This document shows positions 48,512 to 57,849 of a stretch of 64,000 nucleotides of DNA, one piece after another. The position numbers and the translations under genes are program-made. Position 1 is the first letter of the stretch, and the number at the start of each line of letters is the position of its first letter. Source of the stretch: an uncultured delta proteobacterium (lineage in GTDB: Bacteria; Desulfobacterota; Binatia; Binatales; Binataceae); assembly GCA_963842085.1 (NCBI GenBank), contig CAWJET010000001.1:1824001-1888000 (forward strand), in the 5' to 3' direction. Under the pieces are notes generated by a model that did no database searches, had not been told where the DNA came from, and worked only from the letters and a program-made list of their open reading frames with translations.

Positions 48512-49396
48512 ATGAATCCGGAAATCGAATTGCGCGATCATGTGTTCGTCGGCCCGTTGCGCCGATCCCAGAACAACGCTCGCAACGTTAAGGGCAGCAT
48601 CCATGATGATGCGACGGCGACCAAGCTCGGGTTTCGCGGCGGCACCGTCGCCGGCTCGATCCACCTGGAACTGTTTCCGCCGCTCCTGCTGAAAGCGTTC
48701 GGCAAGCGATGGTTCGAACACGGCACAATCTCCATGTACTTCCTCAACGCGACGACTGACCGCGAGGCGGTCCGCGCGTTCCTCAAAGAGTCGCCGCTCG
48801 ACGCTACCGACGCGCAGGTCGATATCTGGATCGAGCGCGATGACGGCATGCGCGTTGCCGAGGGCACTGCGTCGGTCGGAAGCCCCGAGGAGCCGAGCGC
48901 ATTGCTGCGCCGTCCGCTCGATCGGTTCGACGCAGGTGAGTTGCGGATCCTCGGCGGGCTCAAGGTCGGCGATCGTTTCGAGGAGTGCGATGCGTTTCTG
49001 ACGAAAGACGCGATGACCGAACGGATGAAAGTCATCACCGAACCGCTGGAATGGTACACCAAGCCCTCACCGTGGGGTGGTGCGATCGCAACTCCAGCAA
49101 CGATGGTGCAGCTTCTCTACGCGCAATCGATCGCGACCCTGCGCGGCAAGCTCGGCCAGGCGGTGGGACTGTTCGGCGCGATCGAGTTGCGCAACATCAA
49201 CGGGCCGGTTCTGGTTGAACATCCGTATCGCGTGAACGGGAGTATCGTTGCGCTGGGCCAGAGCCCGAAGACGGAGTACATGTGGTTCGAGACCGCGCTG
49301 AACGAAGCGGACGGCAAGCGAATCGCCGAGATGAGGATGCTCCTGCGCTTCATGAAGGCGTCGTCGCCGAAGTACAAGGACGCCGTCGCAAGCTGA
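48512..49396 (+). CDS. Hypothetical double hot-dog (MaoC-like) fold protein
   Basis: SIHDDATATKLGFRGGTVAG resembles the MaoC hydratase motif; divergent from the CoA transferase. Confidence 0.65.
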   Translation: MNPEIELRDHVFVGPLRRSQNNARNVKGSIHDDATATKLGFRGGTVAGSIHLELFPPLLLKAFGKRWFEHGTISMYFLNATTDREAVRAFLKESPLDATDAQVDIWIERDDGMRVAEGTASVGSPEEPSALLRRPLDRFDAGELRILGGLKVGDRFEECDAFLTKDAMTERMKVITEPLEWYTKPSPWGGAIATPATMVQLLYAQSIATLRGKLGQAVGLFGAIELRNINGPVLVEHPYRVNGSIVALGQSPKTEYMWFETALNEADGKRIAEMRMLLRFMKASSPKYKDAVAS

Positions 49397-49492
49397 TCCG
49401 TCGCGGCAGGCTCGAACGCGATCTAATCCGCTCGGAGCGGGCGGCAGGAGAGGAATCATTCTGCCATCATGCTCTCGCGCCCAGACTTCGGC

Positions 49493-50449
49493 TCAGGCAA
49501 TACCTTCGAACAGTGCCGTGCTCAGGTACCGCTCGCCGGAATCAGGCAGCACGACGACAATGGTCTTGCCCGCGCTGGCCGGGCGCTTGGCGATGCGCGC
49601 GGCGACCGCGACGGCGGCTCCGCATGAAATGCCCGACAGGATTCCTTCTTCGCGGGTCAGTCGCCGCGCGTACTCGATCGCCTCTTCGTTGGTGACCTGC
49701 TCGACTACATCGACCAGCGAGAGGTCCAGATTTTCGGGCACGAACCCCGCGCCGATGCCTTGGATCTTGTGCGGGCCCGGCTTCAGCGGTTGTCCGCTGC
49801 GCTGCTGCGTGATGACCGGGCTGGCACTCGGCTCGACGGCCACCGAAACGATCGCCTTGCCCATCGTTCGTTTGATGTAGCGCGAGACTCCGGTGATAGT
49901 TCCGCCGGTACCGACCCCCGACACGAAAATATCGATCGCGCCGTCAGTATCGTTCCAGATTTCCGGTCCGGTGGTCGTTTCGTGAATCGCGGGATTCGCG
50001 GGATTCTTGAACTGCTGCAGCAAAACGTAGCGCTCGGGCGCCGACGCTACGATTTCCTCCGCCTTCGCGATCGCGCCGGTCATGCCGCGCGCGCCCTCGG
50101 TCAATACCAGCTTGGCGCCGTAGGCAATCAGCAGTTTGCGGCGCTCGAGGCTCATCGTATCCGGCATCGTCAGGGTCAGGGGGATCTTGCGGGCAGCTGC
50201 GACGAACGCCAGCGCAATGCCGGTGTTGCCGCTGGTCGGTTCCACCAGTTCCTTGCCCGGACCAAGCAGGCCGCGCTTTTCCGCGTCCCATACCATTGCC
50301 GCCCCGATTCGGCATTTGACGGAATAGGCAGGATTGCGTCCTTCGACCTTGCCCAGAACTATGGCCGGCGCGCCGTCGATGACGCGGTGGAGCCGCACCA
50401 GCGGCGTATGTCCGATCGATCGTGAATTGTCTTCGTACCAATGTGGCAT
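49493..50449 (-). CDS. cysK: Cysteine synthase A
   Basis: [42 protein letters not shown]. Confidence 0.97.
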   Translation of the reverse strand: MPHWYEDNSRSIGHTPLVRLHRVIDGAPAIVLGKVEGRNPAYSVKCRIGAAMVWDAEKRGLLGPGKELVEPTSGNTGIALAFVAAARKIPLTLTMPDTMSLERRKLLIAYGAKLVLTEGARGMTGAIAKAEEIVASAPERYVLLQQFKNPANPAIHETTTGPEIWNDTDGAIDIFVSGVGTGGTITGVSRYIKRTMGKAIVSVAVEPSASPVITQQRSGQPLKPGPHKIQGIGAGFVPENLDLSLVDVVEQVTNEEAIEYARRLTREEGILSGISCGAAVAVAARIAKRPASAGKTIVVVLPDSGERYLSTALFEGIA

Positions 50450-50501
50450 CGGTCTGTCTCCTTATTGAATCGTCGATTGATATCGGGTGCGTCTTTCGAT
50501 G

Positions 50502-50882
50502 CTATCGGCGTGATCGGCGCCTGCGCGCGCGATGCCTGCCTCTGGCAAGAGAACCCGCGCCGATGACCACTATGCCGATTAACCCGCAGACCGCCCACCA
50601 TTGAAGAAAGATTCCCAGGAACAAGACCAACCCAGCCAGCAGAAAGGCCGTGCCGACTGCCCCCGCGCATAGCCAGACGAAAGTTGCGTGGGCGTTCGCT
50701 ACGGCGGAATCGAGAAACGCCATCACGTTGTCTTCGAACTCATGCAGTTCAGCGCTGACTACTCCTTCGACTATGCGCGCGAGGAGCCGGGGCCACTCGG
50801 CGTCTGAACTCGACGCTTTGCTTGCGCTTGGCGGGGGTTCGGCAGACTGCTGTGGTTCGTCCGAGTGATCTTTAGATGACAT
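50502..50882 (-). CDS. Hypothetical two-TM membrane protein (YqjE/holin-III-like topology)
   Basis: GGAGG RBS, acidic N-terminus, two TM helices, Arg-rich tail. Confidence 0.6.
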   Translation of the reverse strand: MSSKDHSDEPQQSAEPPPSASKASSSDAEWPRLLARIVEGVVSAELHEFEDNVMAFLDSAVANAHATFVWLCAGAVGTAFLLAGLVLFLGIFLQWWAVCGLIGIVVIGAGSLARGRHRARRRRSRR

Positions 50883-50973
50883 GGCGCAATGACCTCCGAA
50901 GCGCGCCGTTATCGGGTCTTGGATTAGCGAATCTTTTTGCCTGCGCTGACGACTACTCGACTTTGATCCAACC

Positions 50974-51264
50974 TCAATTAATAGGTTTCTGGCACGTAGT
51001 TATATCGCCGTTTTTTGGTTCTACATAGCGACGCGGCTCCTGTCTCTTAGGCAGCTTCAAAGGAGCGCGTTTCACCTCTTCGTATGGAATCAGGGTTTCT
51101 GTATCGGTTGCAGCCATCATTTCGTCGCGGGCCCGCGAGTAATCGTACCAGCGCCGATGCGACTCGAGATCGATCTTCACCCAGACAACGAGAAGAACAA
51201 GCCCGACGAGCCGAACTAAAGCGAGCAGTCGCGCGAGCCTTTTTCCCGTGATGGCAGACATCAT
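50974..51264 (-). CDS. Hypothetical single-TM protein
   Basis: ORF fills the gap between co-oriented genes and has a hydrophobic N-terminal segment. Confidence 0.5.
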   Translation of the reverse strand: MMSAITGKRLARLLALVRLVGLVLLVVWVKIDLESHRRWYDYSRARDEMMAATDTETLIPYEEVKRAPLKLPKRQEPRRYVEPKNGDITTCQKPIN

Positions 51265-51315
51265 ACACGTCTGTCGTTTCTCGCCACGTTCCTCCGGCGC
51301 CGAGGTGTAAATGAT

Positions 51316-52038
51316 TTATCCGCGCAGGAAGTGGGTGACCAGAAAAATTACGAGCATCCCAACGCAAGTGGCGACGGCGACCAATGGAGAGTCGTGCTCG
51401 CGCGCTTCAGGCAGTAGATCCGAGGCGCCAATATAAAGAAAAGAACCGGCGAAGAATGCCAGCAACCACGGCAGGAGTCCTGCCCTCAAGTTGAACATCA
51501 GCGTCGAGGCTGCACCGAGAACCGGCGTCGACATGTCGATTAGCAGCCAGAAAACGGCGCTGCGGTGCGAATTCCCATGGGCGAGGACGACCGTCACGGT
51601 GTTCAGCCCATCGCTGAAATCATGCGCGATTATGCCGAAGGCAATCACGAGTCCCATCTGAACGCTGGTCTGAAAGCCGACACCGATTGCAACGCCGTCC
51701 AGGAAACTGTGGAAGGCCAGGCCCGCCGCGGACATCGCGCCGAGCTCCGGCTCATGCGCTTCCACCAGATGAGGGTGTTCGCGGGCGCGGTGCATCGCCG
51801 TATAACGTTCAAGTCCGAAGAACGCAAGGAATCCCAGCGCGGTGATTGGCATGTACGATGCGCCGTGGTCGAAGGCGAAGACTTCCGGCAGTATGTCGAA
51901 CAGAGCGACTGCCAACACGGCGCCGGAACTGAAGCCGAGCAACAGATGGAGCCGGTCGCGCAACCGAATGGCTGCCGTCCCGCCCAATCCGGTAGAGAGG
52001 AACGTTGCAAAAGCGAGCAGAATCGGCGCGAATCGCAT
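51316..52038 (-). CDS. ZIP family metal transporter
   Basis: HSFLDG, AHDFSDG, FLYIGASDLLPEA. Confidence 0.92.
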   Translation of the reverse strand: MRFAPILLAFATFLSTGLGGTAAIRLRDRLHLLLGFSSGAVLAVALFDILPEVFAFDHGASYMPITALGFLAFFGLERYTAMHRAREHPHLVEAHEPELGAMSAAGLAFHSFLDGVAIGVGFQTSVQMGLVIAFGIIAHDFSDGLNTVTVVLAHGNSHRSAVFWLLIDMSTPVLGAASTLMFNLRAGLLPWLLAFFAGSFLYIGASDLLPEAREHDSPLVAVATCVGMLVIFLVTHFLRG

Positions 52039-52124
52039 GGATGGATTTTGCTCAGACTTCAGGGTCGATGGTCAAATTCAAACCTGCTTCGGGGAACCAG
52101 ACGCGAGTCTCGGGCGTTGCTAGT

Positions 52125-52781
52125 ATGATGAACATGACATCGCGAACGAAGTGGATATCAACGCGCTTGCTTGCCCTGGGCATTTTATTCGGCCTGACGA
52201 CGGTCGACACTTTCGCGCAGAGCAGCGGCAACGACAGCGCTACTGCGGTTTTTTCGGGCGGCTGTTTCTGGGGCGTGGAGGCCGTCTTCAAGCATGTAAA
52301 GGGCGTGACCAAAGTCGTTTCCGGATACGCTGGAGGAGCGGCAGACACCGCGCACTACGAGATCGTCAGCACGGGAACGACCGGACACGCGGAGTCGGTG
52401 CAGGTTACCTACGATCCGTCGAAGGTCTCTTACGACGACCTCTTGAAAGTATTTTTTTTCGTCGCTCACGATCCGACCGAACTGAATCGGCAGGGCCCGG
52501 ATTCAGGAACTCAGTATCGCTCTTCGATTTTCTACGAGAACGACGCACAGAAGAAGATGGCGGATGACTACATCGCGCAACTCGATCGCAAACACGCATT
52601 CTCCAAGCCCATCGTGACCAAGGTTGTTCCGCTCACCGGCTTCTATCCGGCCGAAGACTACCATCAGAACTATCTGGAGCTTCATCCGGATCAACCCTAC
52701 ATCGTGTACAACGATTTGCCGAAACTGGAACGGTTTCAGAAAGACTTACCCGGGCTGTACCAGCAACAGGCCGCAAACTAG
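52125..52781 (+). CDS. msrA: Peptide-methionine (S)-S-oxide reductase with signal peptide
   Basis: GGCFWGVE, TGHAESVQV, AEDYHQNY; N-terminal export signal. Confidence 0.95.
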   Translation: MMNMTSRTKWISTRLLALGILFGLTTVDTFAQSSGNDSATAVFSGGCFWGVEAVFKHVKGVTKVVSGYAGGAADTAHYEIVSTGTTGHAESVQVTYDPSKVSYDDLLKVFFFVAHDPTELNRQGPDSGTQYRSSIFYENDAQKKMADDYIAQLDRKHAFSKPIVTKVVPLTGFYPAEDYHQNYLELHPDQPYIVYNDLPKLERFQKDLPGLYQQQAAN

Positions 52782-52782
52782 A

Positions 52783-54573
52783 TCAGCCGGCGGCGGCGCG
52801 GCGGAGCTCGATCTTTCGCATCTCCGCGGCGCGCGATTGGGCCTGCTCGGCGGCGCGGCGCGCTGAATCCGTCGCGTGGTATAGCTCGAGATCGGCGTCG
52901 AACTCGCTATCAACGACCGGGCTGAGCGCGACATCGGTATAGAGCTTCGACACCGGATCGTTTTCGATCTTGCGTCGCAGCCGTTCCAGACGCCAGAAGA
53001 ACCACAGCCCAGGCACATAGGTCGCTGCCATCTCGCGCGCGCGCCGCGCAAAAAAGCTGAGTGCGTTTTCGCGCGGAACTCCGGGACGGCGTTGCGTGCG
53101 CGGCTTGCGGCGAAGGATGCCGCCTTGCAAGGGATGCACCCGTTCGAATGCATGACTCCCGTAGAAATAGAAAATCATCGAGGTAATTCGCCGCGTACGC
53201 ATTCCGCTGGCGACCGCCCGCTTGATCAGCGTCTCGATGTGCGCCGGCGAATAGTACAGGTGCCACGCCCGCTGGTAGATATCCTGCCATTCGGCGGCGC
53301 TCATCCGCGGATGAGCGGCGGTCGCATGCTCGGCGTCATACTTATTGGTGTCCGCTTCCATCCGCTCGCCGCGCAGGTACATCTCCTGGTGATCCTTGGA
53401 GCCGGGCAGCGGCGTCAGCATGAAGAACTCCATGATGTCGATCGGGAGTTCGCGCTGGATGATCCCGATGTCGCGCTCGATGCTCGCGGGCGTATCGGAC
53501 GGGAAGCCCAGGATGTAGCCGGCGTAGGTGAGCACCTTGGCGCGCTTCCACGCCTGGAGCATCTTGCGGTACTCAGTGATGCGATTCTGACCCTTCGATG
53601 CGCCCTTGAGGGAGTCGGGATTGATGCTCTCGAGCCCGATGAAAACTTTCTTGCACCCTGCGCGCACGGACTTCTCGACGAAGTTCGGGATTTTGTGGCA
53701 CATGGTGTCGACTTGCATGATGATGTTTATCTTGAGCCGGTCGCGGCGTTTGAGTTCGATGATGCGGTCGAGGATCGGTTCCCAATTCCGGTTGCGCGCG
53801 AAATTGTCGTCGGTGATGAAGAAACTGCGCACGCCCTGGGCCGCATGCGCGCGAATCAACTGCTCAATGTCGTCGGCGGTGCGATGACGGGACTTGCGCC
53901 CCTGCACATTTATGATCGTGCAGAAGCTGCAACTGAAAGGGCATCCGCGCCCCGCGTCGAAGCATCCGAGCGCGCCGGCGTAGCGCTTGACGTATTTGAT
54001 CGGAAGGAACGGCAGCGGCTCACCGTCCATCGCCGGCAAATCGGCCATGTAGTTGTAAACCGGCGCGAGACGATTCTCGAAGGCCGCGACGAGCAGCTCG
54101 TCGAGCCGGCGCTCGGCCTCGCCCGCGAACAGCGTGATTCCGAGCGCGAGCGCGTCCTTCATCTCGGGCGGCATCTCGGGCAGCATCGCGAGGCATCCGC
54201 TGACGTGGAATCCTCCTATCGCGACCTGGATTCCGGCGGCACGCATTTCGCGCGCGATATCAACGGCCCGCGCAAACTGGTTGGTTTGCACTCCGACCAA
54301 CAGAACGATGCCGCGGTTCGCGTTGCGCTTGAAGCGGCGGATTATCGAACGGACCCGGACTTTCGCATTAGTCTCGTCGTGCGCCTCGATATCGAGATCA
54401 ACGCCGTCGCCGAGGATGCGCCGCGTCTGCGCGTCGAGCGCGAGGCCGTAGAGGTTCGACAACGAGCTGGACGGCACGAATCCGCGCCACCATTGGATCA
54501 GGTAGCCGTCGTCGTCGTAGTGCGAGGGTTTGATGAGCTCGACGAGAAATCTAGTGCGATGAGCTTCGTTCAC
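52783..54573 (-). CDS. Putative cobalamin-binding radical SAM protein
   Basis: N-terminal B12-binding-like domain (IGGFHVSG), GRGCPFSCSFC, ITDDNF. Confidence 0.88.
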   Translation of the reverse strand: MNEAHRTRFLVELIKPSHYDDDGYLIQWWRGFVPSSSLSNLYGLALDAQTRRILGDGVDLDIEAHDETNAKVRVRSIIRRFKRNANRGIVLLVGVQTNQFARAVDIAREMRAAGIQVAIGGFHVSGCLAMLPEMPPEMKDALALGITLFAGEAERRLDELLVAAFENRLAPVYNYMADLPAMDGEPLPFLPIKYVKRYAGALGCFDAGRGCPFSCSFCTIINVQGRKSRHRTADDIEQLIRAHAAQGVRSFFITDDNFARNRNWEPILDRIIELKRRDRLKINIIMQVDTMCHKIPNFVEKSVRAGCKKVFIGLESINPDSLKGASKGQNRITEYRKMLQAWKRAKVLTYAGYILGFPSDTPASIERDIGIIQRELPIDIMEFFMLTPLPGSKDHQEMYLRGERMEADTNKYDAEHATAAHPRMSAAEWQDIYQRAWHLYYSPAHIETLIKRAVASGMRTRRITSMIFYFYGSHAFERVHPLQGGILRRKPRTQRRPGVPRENALSFFARRAREMAATYVPGLWFFWRLERLRRKIENDPVSKLYTDVALSPVVDSEFDADLELYHATDSARRAAEQAQSRAAEMRKIELRRAAAG

Positions 54574-54830
54574 GAAACCTTTCCAACAAAACGTCGCTTC
54601 ACTCTAGTGGTAATCGAGGTTGTTCGCTACCTCCACGATCGCGGCTGCTCGCACGGAGGATCTTCGGTATGGATTTCTGCGTGATTGGATTCGGCCGATA
54701 GAAAGAGTAGGTATTTGCCCTGATACGAATTGGCATGCGCTCCTATCCGGACTGCGATAGGACGCGAATCGCGTGGACAGTTGCAGAAAGGCGTGAGCTG
54801 CGTATAGCAACCTCGCCAAAGGAGCCAACC

Positions 54831-55064
54831 TTGGACCTGAACAAATTAGTCGCGGACTTGAAGAAGGAGAGAGACAGGCTCGGTCGCGCTATCACGGCGC
54901 TCTTGGGATCGGCCATGTCGGGGAGTGGCAGAAGGACGAGCGCCGGCAGGCCTAAGGGGAGCACGTCGAAGAGGCGCAAGCGCGGCCTGACGCCGGAAGG
55001 CAGACGGCGCCTGTCACTTGCGATGAAAAAGCGTTGGGCCGAGCGCAGGAAGAAAGGTTTGTAG
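54831..55064 (+). CDS. Small basic hypothetical protein (possible nucleic-acid binder)
   Basis: AAGGAG RBS before TTG; coiled-coil N-terminus, GRP motif, LSLAMKKRWAERRK. Confidence 0.75.
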   Translation: MDLNKLVADLKKERDRLGRAITALLGSAMSGSGRRTSAGRPKGSTSKRRKRGLTPEGRRRLSLAMKKRWAERRKKGL

Positions 55065-55131
55065 CGGACGGACTGATCGACAGAAATACGTCCTGAGCTG
55101 TGCGCGAGTTGGCTAGGCAAATCCGAAAGAA

Positions 55132-55602
55132 GTGATTCTGACGCGGCTGCCGATTCTCATAGTGGCGATCGTGGCGCTCGCAGGATGCTCCGGCGTTCAG
55201 CAGGAAGAGCAGCACGTCGATCAGGATGTCGCCCATCTACAGCAGCAGCAAGACGCCTTAAGCGCCGCGATCAAGAAGATACAGGTTGTCTCCGGCGCCA
55301 ACGTCAAGGGTCATCCGCAGTACACCACGCTCGGACGTGTGGAGGGCTACTGCTTCGACCGGCCGAATTCCAGGAGCGGCCCGGCAGTCCACGGCGACCG
55401 ACTCAAAGCTGCCGCATATCGCAAGTACGGCAACCAGGTTGATGCGATCGTGAAGACGAGCGTATGGTTCGCCTCAGACGACAACTATGCTCCTTCCGAG
55501 CCCTACACCGAAAGTGGATACTTCGAATGCGCCGGCACCGCTGTCCACTTCACTGGTGAATCGGCGCCGCCGGCTCCGCCTGCGCAGCCGCCAACTGGTT
55601 GA
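55132..55602 (+). CDS. Hypothetical lipoprotein
   Basis: Lipobox LAGC after a hydrophobic stretch; two further Cys. Confidence 0.75.
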   Translation: MILTRLPILIVAIVALAGCSGVQQEEQHVDQDVAHLQQQQDALSAAIKKIQVVSGANVKGHPQYTTLGRVEGYCFDRPNSRSGPAVHGDRLKAAAYRKYGNQVDAIVKTSVWFASDDNYAPSEPYTESGYFECAGTAVHFTGESAPPAPPAQPPTG

Positions 55603-55643
55603 CCCGTGACTCGTATACTCAAACCAATCCAGGGGAGATCGGG

Positions 55644-56225
55644 ATGGCTATACTGATAGCACCGTTGGGCATCGAAGAGGTGAGGGCGCATCGTACCTGG
55701 TTTCTCTGCCTGGGAGCGGCGCTGATCGTCATAGGCACGATTGCGATAGGCAGCGCCGAGCTGATGACGATGGTTTCCGTGCTCTTACTCGGCTGGCTGT
55801 TAATCTTCGGCGGCTTGTTCGAGATCGTTCACGGTTTCGCGCGACGCGCCTGGGGCGGTTTTTTCATCAATCTCATGGGCGGTCTGCTCTATGCGGTGAC
55901 CGGCCTCCTGATAATCTCGCATCCGGGGGTAGCTGCCGTGACCCTAACCCTGATGATCGCGATGCTGTTGATCGTCGCGGGCACTTTCAGAATCTTCGTG
56001 GCTTTTTCGACTCCAATACCTCATCGGGGATGGCTGGTCCTCAACGGTGCAATTTCACTGTTTCTCGGATTTTGCATCATGAGTTCGTGGCCGGTTTCAG
56101 GACTGTGGGTCATCGGACTTTTCATCGGCATCGATATGATTTTCGACGGCTGGACTGAAGTGATCCTCGCATTGAGCAGCGGAAGCGGTGGAGGATCCGC
56201 ACCCGCCCAAACAACGGCTGCGTGA
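55644..56225 (+). CDS. HdeD/DUF308 family acid-resistance membrane protein
   Basis: About six TM helices; WPVSGLWVIGLFIGID. Confidence 0.9.
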   Translation: MAILIAPLGIEEVRAHRTWFLCLGAALIVIGTIAIGSAELMTMVSVLLLGWLLIFGGLFEIVHGFARRAWGGFFINLMGGLLYAVTGLLIISHPGVAAVTLTLMIAMLLIVAGTFRIFVAFSTPIPHRGWLVLNGAISLFLGFCIMSSWPVSGLWVIGLFIGIDMIFDGWTEVILALSSGSGGGSAPAQTTAA

Positions 56226-56244
56226 TCCTGCTTTCGAGCGCCGC

Positions 56245-56625
56245 TCAGGGCGGCGCGTGGCTGGAGCGAAAAGCTTCCAGCGCGGCGCGGACGCGTTCCG
56301 TTTCCGCGACCATGGAGTCGATCGCCGCTTGCAGGCCGTCGGTTTCTCCCCACCTGATCAGGTCCTCGATCTCACCAGACAGCTCCATCAGCCGCACCGC
56401 ACCAAAATGACTGCAACTGCCCCTTATCGCGTGTGCCGTCGTCGCAATTCCGGCGCGGTCGTTGCTGCTCATCTGCGCGCCGATTTTGCGTGCGCGTTCG
56501 CTCAAGTCGGCAAGAAATACGTCGATGATTTCGGCGATAAATTGCTCGCCCAAATCGTCGCCTTCGGCGAGTTGGGTGATCGCCCGCATGTCGATCGCGG
56601 GAACGCTTGCCCCTTCAGTGCTCAC
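56245..56625 (-). CDS. Stand-alone Hpt phosphotransfer protein
   Basis: AHAIRGSCSHFGA with the phospho-accepting His; start uncertain. Confidence 0.85.
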   Translation of the reverse strand: MSTEGASVPAIDMRAITQLAEGDDLGEQFIAEIIDVFLADLSERARKIGAQMSSNDRAGIATTAHAIRGSCSHFGAVRLMELSGEIEDLIRWGETDGLQAAIDSMVAETERVRAALEAFRSSHAPP

Positions 56626-56816
56626 TCTGCTTTCCGGCACCCTTGATCGATCCAAGTTGCGTGCCGCAGCTGCCGATCGCCCTGCGCATCGCGACCGACG
56701 CCACCAATAATTGGCTGCGGCAGGCAATCGCGCGCCTCATGAACTAATGTGAGTTATCAACCTCAACCAGGATAGGGCACGCGAACCTCGCCAGCCGTCT
56801 GAATCGCACCGCAGCG

Positions 56817-57746
56817 TCATTCCTTTGCCGGTGAGTCATTCGAGGAAGGTCTTTTTGAGGTTGCGGCGCGCGGCTCGAGTAGCGCCATGAGCCGGCCTGG
56901 CAGAGCGCTGAGGAAGGCCATCGGGGCGCCTGACGCCGGATGGCAAAACTTCAGCTCACACGAATGTAGCGCCAACCGCCGGGCAGGATCGCTGGTCGCA
57001 CCGTACTTGCGATCGCCGACGATGGGATGCCCAAAGCCCGCCATCTGCACGCGGATCTGATTTTTGCGGCCGGTTTCGAGCGTTAGCTCGATCAGCGAGT
57101 TGTCTCGACCTGTTCGTAAAACGCGGTAGTGAGTGATCGCCAGCTCGCCACCCCGCTCGACGCGATGCATCTTGAATGACTTGCTCTCAGCAAGATTGTC
57201 GCGGAGCGTCCCCTCGGTCTTCGCGGGCACGCCCTCCACCACGGCAAGGTATTTCTTTGTGACGCTCTTCCAGTTTTTCTGAAGCGCCGCCTGCATCGGG
57301 CGGCTTCTCGCGAACAGCATCAGGCCGGAGGTCTCGCGATCGAGTCGATGCACGATGAAGACCTGCTGCAGCGGCGAATTGGTGAGCGCCTTCAGATGTT
57401 CGTTGAGAATCCGATACGCGGTCCTCTCCTTCTCGCCCGCCGAGCCCATCGAAAGCAGACCCGCTGGTTTGTCGACGACGACGATATCATCGTCGCGATA
57501 CACGATTTTCAAGCCGTGGCGCTCGATCGATGCGGCCGGGAGTTGCTTGCCTGCCGCGATAGTCACGACGTCGCCGGGCTCCAACTGGGTGTTGTGCCTC
57601 ACGGTGGTGAAACGAGTTACGGCCACTGCCCGGAAGCGCAGCAGATCCTTCGCGTGTTTGCGCGACAATCCGAGCGGCAGCGTGAGCAGATACGGCAGCA
57701 GTTCGCAGCGCGACGAGACGCTAAACCGGTGGTCACGCGTAGCCAT
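56817..57746 (-). CDS. RluA family pseudouridine synthase
   Basis: VDKPAGLLS, VHRLDRETSG, ETGRKNQIRV, HPIVGD. Confidence 0.95.
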   Translation of the reverse strand: MATRDHRFSVSSRCELLPYLLTLPLGLSRKHAKDLLRFRAVAVTRFTTVRHNTQLEPGDVVTIAAGKQLPAASIERHGLKIVYRDDDIVVVDKPAGLLSMGSAGEKERTAYRILNEHLKALTNSPLQQVFIVHRLDRETSGLMLFARSRPMQAALQKNWKSVTKKYLAVVEGVPAKTEGTLRDNLAESKSFKMHRVERGGELAITHYRVLRTGRDNSLIELTLETGRKNQIRVQMAGFGHPIVGDRKYGATSDPARRLALHSCELKFCHPASGAPMAFLSALPGRLMALLEPRAATSKRPSSNDSPAKE

Positions 57747-57849
57747 TGCGGTAATATTGGTCGCCCACTACTCTTCACGCACCAGCCCATAGCAGAACAC
57801 ATCCGCCGCAAGGATCAGGCGCAACCCACTTCTTTCCCCTGCGCGACGC

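Noticed and set aside
50502-50882. Holin-like protein as evidence of a prophage
   Set aside because: No phage, integrase or endolysin genes nearby; the topology fits ordinary small membrane proteins.
53092-54684. 530-aa plus-strand ORF
   Set aside because: Antisense shadow of the radical SAM gene.
52783-55602. Radical SAM plus neighbouring small ORFs as a RiPP cluster
   Set aside because: The small ORFs are divergent and look like a basic DNA-binding protein and a lipoprotein; there is no RRE, peptidase or transporter.
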